Positions 48,201-57,117 are shown, counted from the first letter of the stretch. The stretch is DNA of 64,000 nt from Candidatus Peribacteria bacterium (GCA_016866875.1 VGKY01000001.1:56057-120056), one strand, 5' to 3'. Notes: generated from the sequence alone by a model not told the origin. Numbers and translations are program-made.

Positions 48201-49546
48201 CGGGTTCCTCGAACTTCATCGAAGCTGAAGAGCTTGATGACGGTTCTGCTTTGAGCAACATCAAGCAGAATCCGAGAGCCTGCGGCTCTACCTCGTGTGA
48301 CATTATCTTCACGACGGTGACCTCGCAGCGCTGGAAGCTCGTGAACCAGGGTGACCTCTTCGTGACGCTCGATTCCTCGCCGCTCCGCAACCGCCAGCTC
48401 CTCGGTGGAGCCCTTGGCGAGGGTGTACTGCGCGTGCAGTTCCATGCGGAGAACGAGGCCATCGATGTCCACGGACTCAACTTCGCCTCCACGGGTTCGA
48501 CGGCAACATCGGTTGACCGCCTCGAGCTCTACAAAGAGGGCGAGTCCACGCCGTTCGCTCTTGCCACCACTGGTAGCTGTGGTCAGCGCACCGTAACTCG
48601 CACAAACTACGTACCTGCCGGAGGGTCCATCACGACATTCTGTACGAGCATGCAGAACCGTCAGCTCGTCGTTCCTGAGGGTCAGGACGTCGACGTGATC
48701 GTTCGCCCGCGCCTCAAGACCGATGTCGGCGGAGGCACGACGAACCAGATCATCGCGCTCTTCATCGACCCGACCAAGAAGGCCGATGACGGCCAGACGG
48801 GTTCCGGTGCGATCCGCGCACGCGGTGATGAGTCGAGTAACCCGCTTTCAGCCAACGACGGAAACGAAAGCGCCGGTGGTGAGATCTTCATCGGTCTGAC
48901 CTCTGCCGCAGCGCAAAACGTGGCTATCATCGGGAAGAAGAACGTCTCGGTGATGTCCAAGATTACGTCGATCACGAACGCCAACCCGGATGCCAACGGC
49001 TCCGCGATCCAGACCGGTCTCAGTAACATCGGTCAGTTCAAGATCGCTGCTGCTGCTAACGGCAACAGCAAGGATGGTCTCAACGACGTTATCCTCTCTG
49101 GTATAGCGCTCAACGTGAACGCCACGAACGTAGTGATCACCGGCAACACCTTCAAGCTCTACAACAAGGCGGATGCGACGAACAAGGTAGCCTGCACCGC
49201 CTACGATGATGGTGGTACGGCTCTTGCCACGACGTACGTGCACTCCGGAGCCATGCTCGTTGATTGTAAAGGCCTCATCGGATCTGTTGTGAAGACGGAG
49301 ATCGACCAGGCTAGCGATCAGACCTTCGTTCTCGAAGCAACGATCACGAACGCGAACACCTCGGCGACGAACAGCTCGCTCCAGGTGTCGATCACGAACT
49401 TCGACGCAATCAGCAATCTTACCTTCGGTAGGTCGTCCGGAAACAGCCACCTCGCGTGGCGCGATACGGACCAGGCTGGTGCAACGACCTTCCGCTGGGT
49501 TGAGTACCCAGACACGGTCGTGAAGTCGACGAGCTACTCGGGCTAA
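45284..49546 (+). CDS. S-layer-type surface protein: signal peptide, 3 SLH domains, long Ig-like/beta-rich region
   Basis: MDFIRIKKALAGVSVAAIALTQVGTAFA signal peptide. Three SLH-like units (YSDVP.GVWFEDAV...ANRAEFVKLVV; FDDVATGAWYYGYM...INRAEAAALIVRAF; FVDNPSGQWYTNAV...MNRAEMVTMLHRV). Confidence 0.85.
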   Translation: MDFIRIKKALAGVSVAAIALTQVGTAFAKYSDVPSGVWFEDAVQSFMDAGYLDATKAKFRPGDLANRAEFVKLVVELNGGILSTPPAVASFDDVATGAWYYGYMEEAGKEGWVRGDGNCYGKHPCYARPSSNINRAEAAALIVRAFNLESTGAAAQFVDNPSGQWYTNAVQTAADACVLQGDDSTGRVRPSDNMNRAEMVTMLHRVDQGLTYGVDCGSDDMDGAAMVKKAMAIGPKTVEVEFTAALDQDSAEDTDNYTVTGSPEVPVVSATLTDDSVVELSLGETMDAGHEYTLAVDGVMSADGDEISDSVSFTGYTELVKGDGILELSLSSSNPVGDTLPKGAIGAVMLSADLTASCDDSVSIEHVTVLHEGFGAVSDVDGVYAAINGARVSRKRTLDSEDQTADVRFSSPLQVDSCETVTVDFVADFISTATTAAEHNLVVELPSDVSSNAKDVEGNFPLRGNTFRIAAITSGIVTVAYRTVSPDQVEVGDTGVVVGKFEVSVNSTEDQTFYSMTLEQNSSVSDGDFTNIAIRRTDGTVLTNTVAQTVGDFITLVFDPPFTVLEGDKITLEVIADIVGGAGDSIIMHFEEASDIFAVGSLYGYGVNGQLYGSQIELPATDNADTVTIDAGEFTIGVDGPASQDFTRDDNDAILANITFKTGGEKIDIKDLYIAVQAASSTGAGLVHTGTNDAYDNVHEILEDVEIRNTRTGRTIDGVRLTGANDLGSDTTDTFQVYRFDDFVVSGDETWEFRVDFIDNGSGNHPKSGDKFKIHICGEPTDILDASNNITDNTTGCSFGGLTTSSETYQMRIEGLSTGDKVGDVRPRGNIAGNFHRIADATLNITVKSIGTTDTAVENAKNVNFLRFEARAGEAEDILLTKLILAADSGSGLNAQNYTLWVDTDGNGTVDQVLESGVAAQGSSANATVTFSDLVGGGYVIPAEETVVFEAHGDIASSLSTTLGSHLQLRFATGSSNFIEAEELDDGSALSNIKQNPRACGSTSCDIIFTTVTSQRWKLVNQGDLFVTLDSSPLRNRQLLGGALGEGVLRVQFHAENEAIDVHGLNFASTGSTATSVDRLELYKEGESTPFALATTGSCGQRTVTRTNYVPAGGSITTFCTSMQNRQLVVPEGQDVDVIVRPRLKTDVGGGTTNQIIALFIDPTKKADDGQTGSGAIRARGDESSNPLSANDGNESAGGEIFIGLTSAAAQNVAIIGKKNVSVMSKITSITNANPDANGSAIQTGLSNIGQFKIAAAANGNSKDGLNDVILSGIALNVNATNVVITGNTFKLYNKADATNKVACTAYDDGGTALATTYVHSGAMLVDCKGLIGSVVKTEIDQASDQTFVLEATITNANTSATNSSLQVSITNFDAISNLTFGRSSGNSHLAWRDTDQAGATTFRWVEYPDTVVKSTSYSG

Positions 49547-49567
49547 TGACATTCTTTCCCTTGGAGT

Positions 49568-49599
49568 ACGTAGCGGAGATTCGTAAATCTCCGCTACGT
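49568..49599. repeat. Hairpin-family copy ACGTAGCGGAGATT-cgta-AATCTCCGCTACGT
   Basis: 14-bp stem, 22 nt after the S-layer gene stop. Confidence 0.85.
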
Positions 49600-49646
49600 C
49601 CCCTTGGGACGTGTGCATTTCCAGATTGTTCGTTTATTACGTATTC

Positions 49647-49677
49647 AAAAAAGCCCCTCCGCAAAGGGGCTTTTTTT
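49647..49677. terminator. Bidirectional intrinsic terminator
   Basis: AAAAAAGCCCCT-ccgcaa-AGGGGCTTTTTTT. Confidence 0.8.
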
Positions 49678-49834
49678 AAATGGGAAAAAATTTTTCCAGC
49701 GCACATAACCGCACGTAGAAACGTGCGCTGGAGGGGTAGGGGGTAGGACGTAGGGCATAGGATTTCGTTTGTTGAAGTGTACGTAGAAACGTGCGCTGGG
49801 GTTTTTACCGACGTACAAACGTGCGCAGGCCCGC

Positions 49835-50905
49835 CTATCCCACGAGTGTTCGCTTGATCTGCAAAAGGTGCTTGATCATCGGTTTCAATACTATTTCTTG
49901 CTCTGGCGGATACTCAACAACTGCGCCTCCAAACTGCTCTTTGAAGCGGGTGATGCCGGACCAGGATGAAGCTTTGAGCTTTCGGCTTTCAGCTTTCAGT
50001 ATGTTTTCTGCATGAGAAGGGCGTTCAATTCCCAAAAGATCGTACGTATGACAGCCATGGGCTTTGCAGTACTTCATGGCTTCCCATTGTAGAAGATAGG
50101 ATGCCATGAGGCTGCGGTTGGCGTAGTCGGAGGCACCGTAGTAGTAGATCCCCGTGCCGTTCCAGATCGTCCCGAGAAGGCCGGCGATCGGAGAGGGGGT
50201 AGGGTTATTGCTATCCGCTGTGCGTTGTTCGCTGGTCGTTGGACCGTAGGCAAGCAGCAGGAAGGCACCGGGGAGCGATGCCAGGAACTTTTGGTAGCGG
50301 GAGGCGGGAGGGGCGGTGAAGCGGTCTCTACGGGCCGTTTCTTGGGCAAGAGCCGCAAATGCATCGATGTCCGTCGACTGCTTCACGCATACGCCGTGCT
50401 TCTCTGCCACGCGGATGTTGTAGCGTCCTTTTTGCTTCATCTGAGCCAAAATCGCTTCTTCAGACTGTGTGAGATCAATGATGCGGGTGGCGGGGGGCTG
50501 CTCCGCTCGTGGGGAAGCTTTGAGCTTTAAGCTTTGAGCTTTAAGCCCAATGCTTGGCGACAGAAAGAGCGACATGCCGTTGTTTTGAGATGCAATGCAT
50601 TGGATTTCGCCGAGAAATGACTCATGACTTAGAGCTGAAAGCTTAAAGCTTGTCAGCGGGCCGCGAGGGATATCCCACGTGCTCAGTCCAAAGCTTGTTT
50701 TGTCGATGACGACTAAAGCTGAAAGCTGAAAGCTGACGGCTTTTAGCTTCTCATATGTTTCTTCAACATAGATCCGCACTTCTCTCCCGAGTGCCTCTTG
50801 GTAGGTCTTCCACTCCAGCGATTGCCACAGGCTGCCTTCGGGATGGGATTTCACCCAGCGGTCATAGGCGAGGAGCTCAGCGGGGGAGGAGAGAAGCCGC
50901 ACCAT
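49835..50905 (-). CDS. FemAB-family peptidoglycan interpeptide-bridge aminoacyltransferase
   Basis: 356 aa. SLWQSLEWKTYQ, KGRYNIRVAEKHG, YYYGASDY...ASYLLQWEAMKYCKAHGCHTYDLLGI and GITRFKEQFGG. Four heptamer-derived in-frame segments. Confidence 0.8.
   Translation of the reverse strand: MVRLLSSPAELLAYDRWVKSHPEGSLWQSLEWKTYQEALGREVRIYVEETYEKLKAVSFQLSALVVIDKTSFGLSTWDIPRGPLTSFKLSALSHESFLGEIQCIASQNNGMSLFLSPSIGLKAQSLKLKASPRAEQPPATRIIDLTQSEEAILAQMKQKGRYNIRVAEKHGVCVKQSTDIDAFAALAQETARRDRFTAPPASRYQKFLASLPGAFLLLAYGPTTSEQRTADSNNPTPSPIAGLLGTIWNGTGIYYYGASDYANRSLMASYLLQWEAMKYCKAHGCHTYDLLGIERPSHAENILKAESRKLKASSWSGITRFKEQFGGAVVEYPPEQEIVLKPMIKHLLQIKRTLVG
49968..49999. repeat. Heptamer array (CTGAAAG-type on the coding strand) in femAB-like CDS
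   Basis: Coding strand ctgaaagctgaaagccgaaagctcaaagcttc encodes LKAESRKLKAS. Confidence 0.9.
50514..50546. repeat. Heptamer array in femAB-like CDS
   Basis: Coding strand cttaaagctcaaagcttaaagctcaaagcttc encodes LKAQSLKLKAS. Confidence 0.9.
50631..50657. repeat. Heptamer array (opposite orientation) in femAB-like CDS
   Basis: Coding strand agctttaagctttcagct encodes SFKLSA. Confidence 0.85.
50713..50750. repeat. Heptamer array (opposite orientation) in femAB-like CDS
   Basis: Coding strand gtcagctttcagctttcagcttta encodes VSFQLSAL. Confidence 0.9.
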
Positions 50906-50922
50906 GCCAGCTTATAGCGTAT

Positions 50923-50976
50923 AGCTTTCCGCTGTCAGCTTTCCCTAAATATTCTGGAAGTTGAAAGCTGAAACCT
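50923..50976. repeat. Inverted heptamer-repeat pair in the femAB/sodA intergenic region
   Basis: agctttccgctgtCAGCTTTCcc...ggaagttGAAAGCTGaaacc. Confidence 0.8.
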
Positions 50977-50994
50977 GTACCCTAAAATCTCACT

Positions 50995-51621
50995 ATGGCC
51001 TACACCCTCCCCACTCTTTCCTACGCTTACGATGCCCTCGAGCCGCACTTCGATGCGCGCACGATGGAGATCCATCATACGAAGCATCATCAGACGTACA
51101 TCGATAAGGTGAATGCTGCCGTTTCGGGCACAGAGTGGGAGAAACTTCCCGTGGAGACATTGCTTCAGCGCATTGCGGAAGTGCCGGAGGACAAGAGGGC
51201 AGCTGTGCGTAACCACGGAGGAGGGCATGCCAATCACACATTGTTCTGGACGATTCTTTCTCCAGGCGGGGGCGGGAAGCCTTCTGGAGACCTTGCCAAA
51301 GCCATTGATGCATCCTTCGGTTCCTTCGATGCCATGGCAGAACAGTTCAATGCGGCTGCGGCCAATCGCTTTGGATCGGGGTGGGCGTGGCTCTTGAAGG
51401 GAGAAGGGAGCAGGTTAGAGGTAGCAAGTACGGCAAACCAAGATTCGCCACTGATGGGCAAAGCCATTGCTGGGTGCGAAGGCACGCCGATTCTCGGGCT
51501 CGATGTGTGGGAGCATGCGTACTACCTCAAGTACCAAAACAAGCGCCCGGACTACATCAAGGCGTTTTGGAATGTGATTCATTGGAAAGAGGTGGAGAGG
51601 AGGTTTGTAGGAGGGGTGTGA
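50995..51621 (+). CDS. sodA: Fe/Mn superoxide dismutase
   Basis: [35 protein letters not shown]...[18 protein letters not shown]. Confidence 0.95.
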   Translation: MAYTLPTLSYAYDALEPHFDARTMEIHHTKHHQTYIDKVNAAVSGTEWEKLPVETLLQRIAEVPEDKRAAVRNHGGGHANHTLFWTILSPGGGGKPSGDLAKAIDASFGSFDAMAEQFNAAAANRFGSGWAWLLKGEGSRLEVASTANQDSPLMGKAIAGCEGTPILGLDVWEHAYYLKYQNKRPDYIKAFWNVIHWKEVERRFVGGV

Positions 51622-51830
51622 TCGTTTGTTCGTTTCTTCGCTTGCCTGTCTTCCAGGTAGGCAAACAAACCGCTCTTCCGAGTTGACGCAAAGCACATTA
51701 AGCCTACAATTCCTGCGATTGCAGTGGCTTCGATTGCGTTTTGAGTACTGCAGGCCTGTCGTATATCCGTTTCCGGAAAACTGGTTCCCCTAGGGGTGAC
51801 CGTGTCCGGTAGCGATTCTCCCCCATTTTT

Positions 51831-54800
51831 ATGGCCAAGAAAGCCAAGAAGCCTGCTGCACCTGCCCGCCGAAGCCTCGGCGTAGGTGGGAAGAAGTCTG
51901 CCCCTAAAAAGGCGCCATCGAAAAAAGCTTCCACGAAGAAAGCCGCTCCCAAAGCCGCCCCCAAGGCTGCAAAGAAGCCCGTTTCTTCTGCAAAGAGTAA
52001 GCCGGTCGAGAGCAAGAAGAACGTCGCGCAGGCGGGGAAGAGTGTGGCTGCTAAAAAAGTGGTTGCCGGCGGCAAGAAGCCCTCGGATTTCGGTGGCAAG
52101 AGAGGCTACCAGATACACGTCGACGATACGGTGCTACCGCAGGTGATCCCGCACATCGTGCCGATTGCCGGTCGCATGCCTGCTGGATGCAAGCACCTTC
52201 CGGAGCATCTGCAACCCAAGCAAGTGCGCGACGGACGCGTCTACCTCGGTGAGGACGAAGGGATCTCCATGGTGCCATCGCTCATCGAGATGCAGCTGCT
52301 GAGCTACAAGTGGTTTCTCACGGAGGGTGTGAAGGAGCTTCTCGAGGAGATCAGCCCGATCACGGATTTCTCGGGTAAGAAGATGGAGCTACGCATCCTT
52401 GGACATTCCTTTGATTCACCGAAGTACGATCCCGATACCTGCCGCCGCAGAAACCTGAGCTACGAGGCGATCATGAAAGGACACGTGCAGCTCATCAACA
52501 AGGAGACGGGGGAGATCAAAGAGCAGGACGTGTTCCTCGGATCGATTCCGCTCATGACCAACACGGGGACGTTCATCGTCGGAGGCATCGAGCGTATCGT
52601 CGTGCACCAGCTCGTGCGCTCGCCGGGAGTCTTCTTCGCGAAGATGCCGGATTACCCGCGTCACCATGCTGCCAAGATCATCCCCAAGCGCGGAGTGTGG
52701 CTGGAGATCGAGACGGACCGCCGTGGCATCATCTCGTGCAAGATCGACCGCAAGAGGAAGATTCCGATCACGCAGCTTCTCAGAGTTTTCGGCTTCAATA
52801 CCGATCAGAAGATCCTCGATGCCTTCAAGGACGTGACGAAGGAGAAGGATCACATTCTCCAGACTCTGGAGAAGGATCCCGCACGCACGCTGGAGGATGC
52901 GTACCAGAGCATCTACCGTAAGATTCGCCCGGGAGATCTGGCGACCCCCGAGAATGCCAAGCAGCTCGTGGACGGCCTCTTCTTCGACTTCAAGAAGTAC
53001 GACATGGGACATATCGCGCGCTACAAGTTGAATCGCCGCTTCGGATTGAAAACCGAGAGCGATGAAGCGCACCGCGTGTTCCAGGTCTCAGATTTCCTCG
53101 AAATTCTCCGCGAACTCATCCGCCTCAATAACGGTGAGGGCGTTCCTGATGACATCGATCACCTCAGCAACCGCCGCATCCGTTCCGTCGGAGAATTGGT
53201 CCAGAACAAGTACCGTGTGGGTCTCGTGCGCACGGAGCGCATCGTGAAAGACCGTATGACGGTGATGGATCTGGAGACCGTCACTCCCATGCAGCTCATC
53301 AACAGCCGCCCGATCACCGCGGCGATGCGCGAGTTCTTCGCGAGTTCGCAGCTTTCACAGTTCATGGACCAAACGAATCCGCTCTCAGAACTCGATCACA
53401 AGCGCCGTCTCTCTGCGATGGGTCCTGGGGGACTTTCCCGCGAGCGTGCGTCGTTCGACGTCCGTGACGTGCACCCGAGTCACTACGGCCGCATCTGCCC
53501 CATTGCTACCCCTGAAGGTCCGAACATCGGTCTCGTCGTTCACCTTGCCGGTTTTGCCCGCGTGAACGCGTATGGATTCCTCGAGACGCCGTACCACGAG
53601 GTGAAGCACGATGTTCCCCTCGATGCCGATAGGTTAGTTGGACGCATTCTCGACATGACGATTCGCGAAGGGCATTCGATTGTGGCCAAAGAAGGCGAGG
53701 TCGTCGAAACCAAAGGCAAGGCGAACGCCGTCATCAGTCACTTGAAGAAGCAAGGCGCGAAGACTGCCCCTGTACGTCCGTACGTCACGAACAAGACGGA
53801 GTACGTGGATGCCGAGCAGGAGCGCCATCTGACCATTGCCCAGGCCCCGAAGGGACTCACGTCCTTCGGAGAGTTCAGCTCAACGCGCATCTCCGCCCGC
53901 CGACGTGGCGAGCCGGTGCTCGCGCACGTCCGCGATGTCACGCATGTGGACGTCTCCCCGAAGCAGATTCTTTCCATGAGCACGTCGCTCATCCCATTCC
54001 TCGAGCACGACGACAACACCCGCGCGTCCATGGGAACGAACATGCAACGCCAGTCCGTTCCGCTCATCAAACCCAGTTCGCCGCTCGTCGGTACGGGTAT
54101 GGAGGGGCTCGCTGCACGCGCATCCGGACACGCGCATCTTGCCGAGGAGGACGGAGAGGTGGTGTCGGCTGACGCTCAGCAGATTGCCGTGGTGTACAAG
54201 TCTGGCCGCAAGCAAACCTACAAGCTCCATACCTTTGAGCGCTCGAACCAGGGTACGTGCTTCCACATGCGCCCCCGCGTGAAGCGTGGAGACTCCGTGC
54301 ATCGTGGCACCGTGCTCGCTGACGGAGCATCCGTCGAACAGGGTGAGCTCGCGCTCGGCCAAAACCTCCTCGTCGCGTACATTCCGTGGGAGGGCTACAA
54401 CTTCGAGGATGCCGTCATCATTTCGAATCGCGTGGTGGAGGAGGGATATTTTGATTCCATTCATATCGAGTCGTACGTCACCGACGTCCGCGATACGAAG
54501 CTCGGATCGGAGACGGTCACCCGCGATATCCCGAATGTCGGTGAAGCGAAGCTCAAGGACCTCGATCAAGACGGCATCGTCCGCATTGGCGCCACCGTCC
54601 ATGAAGGAGATATCCTCGTTGGTAAGATCACACCGAAAGGGGAGACCGAGCTCACGCCGGAAGAGAGGCTGCTCCAGGCGATCTTCGGTGACAAAGCCAA
54701 AGATGTGAAAGACAGCTCTCTGCGGCTCCCTGGGGGGGCCGGAGGAAAGGTCGTCGAGGTGCAGATCTTCGATCGCAGCGAAGGCGACGAGCTTCCGACG

Positions 54801-55802
54801 GGTGTCATCAAGCAGATCAAAGTCTTCGTGGCGCAGACCAGAAAGATCCAGGTCGGAGACAAGATGGCCGGACGTCACGGAAACAAGGGTGTGGTCGCCC
54901 GCGTCGTTCCCCGCGAAGACATGCCGTTTTTGGAAGATGGAACGCCGGTGGATATCCTCTTAAACCCCCTCGGTGTCACCTCCCGTATGAACATCGGACA
55001 AGTGCTGGAGACACACCTTGGATGGGCCTGCAGCATCCTCGGTCTCAAGATCGCTACGCCGCCGCTGGATGGTATCCATACCGAGCAGATCGACGGGTTC
55101 CTCAAGGCCGCGAAGCTTCCTGATGATGGAAAAGTTCAGCTCTTCGACGGTCGTACCGGCGAGGCGTTTGCCCACAAGTCTACCGTCGGCATGGTGTACA
55201 TGCTCAAGCTTCTCCACCTTGTTGAAGACAAGATCCACGCCCGCTCGGTCGGTCCGTACTCTCTCGTCACGCAGCAGCCGCTCGGAGGCAAGGCCCAGCA
55301 TGGAGGTCAGCGCTTTGGAGAAATGGAAGTGTGGGCTCTCGAGGCGTACGGCGCCGCGCACACGCTGCAGGAAATGCTCACGATCAAGTCCGATGACGTC
55401 ATTGGTCGCTCCAAGGCCTACGAGGCGATCGTCAAAGGCGAGGCGATCCGTAGACCCAGCATCCCGGAGTCGTTCAACGTTCTTGTGAAAGAGCTCCAGG
55501 CACTTGGACTCCGCGTCGATCTCCTGAAGTTCAAGGATGAAGTGGTTCCCGAGGAACGCGTGGTGCTCGATGAGGGCGAAGTGGAGGCTGTAGAGCTCTC
55601 TTCCCGTGTCGAAGCGGAGGAGCAGGCTGAGGAGATTCTCCCCGGCGACGACAAGATCACAGAGATGGCGGCTGCCAGCGATGAAAGTTCCGATGAGATC
55701 ATCGCAGGCATCGAAGAAGGGGCAGAAGTCGAGGCCTCGGGCATCGGTGCCAAGCAGGAGATGGCGGATTCCGCCAGTGAGGAGTCGATGGAGTCGGCGT
55801 AG
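51831..55802 (+). CDS. rpoB: DNA-directed RNA polymerase subunit beta with Lys/Ala/Pro-rich N-terminal extension and acidic C-terminal tail
   Basis: 1323 aa. The conserved core starts near LIEMQLLSYKWF and runs to FNVLVKELQALGL. The extension is in frame with no stop. An alternative internal start (MPAGCK, about 52176) cannot be excluded. Confidence 0.95.
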   Translation: MAKKAKKPAAPARRSLGVGGKKSAPKKAPSKKASTKKAAPKAAPKAAKKPVSSAKSKPVESKKNVAQAGKSVAAKKVVAGGKKPSDFGGKRGYQIHVDDTVLPQVIPHIVPIAGRMPAGCKHLPEHLQPKQVRDGRVYLGEDEGISMVPSLIEMQLLSYKWFLTEGVKELLEEISPITDFSGKKMELRILGHSFDSPKYDPDTCRRRNLSYEAIMKGHVQLINKETGEIKEQDVFLGSIPLMTNTGTFIVGGIERIVVHQLVRSPGVFFAKMPDYPRHHAAKIIPKRGVWLEIETDRRGIISCKIDRKRKIPITQLLRVFGFNTDQKILDAFKDVTKEKDHILQTLEKDPARTLEDAYQSIYRKIRPGDLATPENAKQLVDGLFFDFKKYDMGHIARYKLNRRFGLKTESDEAHRVFQVSDFLEILRELIRLNNGEGVPDDIDHLSNRRIRSVGELVQNKYRVGLVRTERIVKDRMTVMDLETVTPMQLINSRPITAAMREFFASSQLSQFMDQTNPLSELDHKRRLSAMGPGGLSRERASFDVRDVHPSHYGRICPIATPEGPNIGLVVHLAGFARVNAYGFLETPYHEVKHDVPLDADRLVGRILDMTIREGHSIVAKEGEVVETKGKANAVISHLKKQGAKTAPVRPYVTNKTEYVDAEQERHLTIAQAPKGLTSFGEFSSTRISARRRGEPVLAHVRDVTHVDVSPKQILSMSTSLIPFLEHDDNTRASMGTNMQRQSVPLIKPSSPLVGTGMEGLAARASGHAHLAEEDGEVVSADAQQIAVVYKSGRKQTYKLHTFERSNQGTCFHMRPRVKRGDSVHRGTVLADGASVEQGELALGQNLLVAYIPWEGYNFEDAVIISNRVVEEGYFDSIHIESYVTDVRDTKLGSETVTRDIPNVGEAKLKDLDQDGIVRIGATVHEGDILVGKITPKGETELTPEERLLQAIFGDKAKDVKDSSLRLPGGAGGKVVEVQIFDRSEGDELPTGVIKQIKVFVAQTRKIQVGDKMAGRHGNKGVVARVVPREDMPFLEDGTPVDILLNPLGVTSRMNIGQVLETHLGWACSILGLKIATPPLDGIHTEQIDGFLKAAKLPDDGKVQLFDGRTGEAFAHKSTVGMVYMLKLLHLVEDKIHARSVGPYSLVTQQPLGGKAQHGGQRFGEMEVWALEAYGAAHTLQEMLTIKSDDVIGRSKAYEAIVKGEAIRRPSIPESFNVLVKELQALGLRVDLLKFKDEVVPEERVVLDEGEVEAVELSSRVEAEEQAEEILPGDDKITEMAAASDESSDEIIAGIEEGAEVEASGIGAKQEMADSASEESMESA

Positions 55803-55828
55803 GTTGGTTTGTAGAGAATAGGTTGATT

Positions 55829-55848
55829 GGGTCCGAAAGGGCCCTTTT
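55829..55848 (+). terminator. Hairpin plus U-tract after rpoB
   Basis: GGGTCC-gaaa-GGGCCC-TTTT (one G.U pair). Confidence 0.55.
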
Positions 55849-55979
55849 GACTGTTTTGGAGAAATTGACAAAATTTGATTATGATATAAAATATCATATC
55901 TATTCCGGTCCTTTGCAAAACTTTTTTCCAGTGTACGGAGCAGTGCACTCTAGCGTGCGTTGCTCCGTGTGATGGCGGT

Positions 55980-56963
55980 ATGTTTCTTACTCAAAGAAAA
56001 AGAGGTTCTGCGATGAAAACGGAAAGAGGATTGGGTGGCGTGCTTACCTATGAAAGTACGCTTCAGATCGGCACCGCTCCAAAAGTGGTGGTGGTTCGAT
56101 GCTGGAATGTGCATGAGACGAAAATGCGGGCATTTCTCGAGCGCTGGCACCGGATTCGTGCGGTTTTCCACTTTGAAGTGATCATCCTTGTGATTGATCC
56201 CGACAGAGATGATGGAAGTACGCTACGGTCCCTGCAAGCGTGCGGAGATCCCGGTTATGTCGTCCCGATCTATGTGACGGGGCCTGCCGACGTGAAAAAT
56301 TGGACGCGCATGCTTAATGGAGCTCTCAAGTTCCTGCACATGTCAGGCGTCCGTGATGGCGTCTTCATGATCTCCTCGGTGGAGGCAGATCTCGACTCGT
56401 CGCTCGATGTGTTTGACAACGTCGATTGGCGGGAAACCATCCCTATGGTCGGCATCCGTCACTCAGTGCCCACGGACTGCACGGATGAGGTTCGGGACTA
56501 CCTTGGGTTGCTGCAAAGTGATCCTATGGGTGCTCTCGCACAGCTTCAACAGAACGAAACGGCATTCTTCAGAGCTGCGGAGTTCGCCAGCCCCTCGGAT
56601 TGGGCATGGAAGTCCCTCTTCATTGGGCGCAACACCATGCAGCCCTGGAAAGGAGACATGGCTTTGGCTCTGAAGGGGTTCGACAACGTCTGCAATGGGT
56701 TTGGAGGGCAAGAAGATTTCGCTCTCCGTACCCGCATGCGCCAGAGCGGTCTCACTTCTGATCCCCGAAGAGTCTTCTCTTTCCGGGACAAGCGGGTCGA
56801 GACCGGCCAACCCACGCATTTGGGCGAAAGCCCGATGAAGAAGATTCAGCGGGAAATCAATGCAGCATGTTTGGTTTTGCGATTGTATCATGCGGAACTG
56901 CATGCTTGGGATTGTCACGGAACATTCGTGATTCCACCTGAACGCAGAGATTTCGAATGGTAA
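55980..56963 (+). CDS. Hypothetical protein, possibly a GT-A-fold glycosyltransferase
   Basis: 327-aa ORF. NGFGGQEDFALRTRMRQSG resembles the GWGGED..L..R motif of GT2/GT7-type enzymes. Start uncertain. Confidence 0.45.
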   Translation: MFLTQRKRGSAMKTERGLGGVLTYESTLQIGTAPKVVVVRCWNVHETKMRAFLERWHRIRAVFHFEVIILVIDPDRDDGSTLRSLQACGDPGYVVPIYVTGPADVKNWTRMLNGALKFLHMSGVRDGVFMISSVEADLDSSLDVFDNVDWRETIPMVGIRHSVPTDCTDEVRDYLGLLQSDPMGALAQLQQNETAFFRAAEFASPSDWAWKSLFIGRNTMQPWKGDMALALKGFDNVCNGFGGQEDFALRTRMRQSGLTSDPRRVFSFRDKRVETGQPTHLGESPMKKIQREINAACLVLRLYHAELHAWDCHGTFVIPPERRDFEW

Positions 56964-57087
56964 CCACGGATGGACCATACCGCCGCACACGAAGACCCCT
57001 CGACATCGCTGTCGAGGGGTTAACGTATGTGACGAAATACTAAGTTTCCTATACATCCCTTTTTTCCCGGGAATTTCGCACAATGTC

Positions 57088-57117
57088 TTGACGCTCATAA
57101 ATGCGCTTCCGTAGAAT
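57088..57117 (+). promoter_or_regulatory. Sigma70-like promoter candidate upstream of the 23S-5S unit
   Basis: TTGACG, 18 nt, TAGAAT. The only good -35/-10 pair between the upstream CDS and the leader arm of the 23S flanking processing stem at 57296. Confidence 0.4.
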
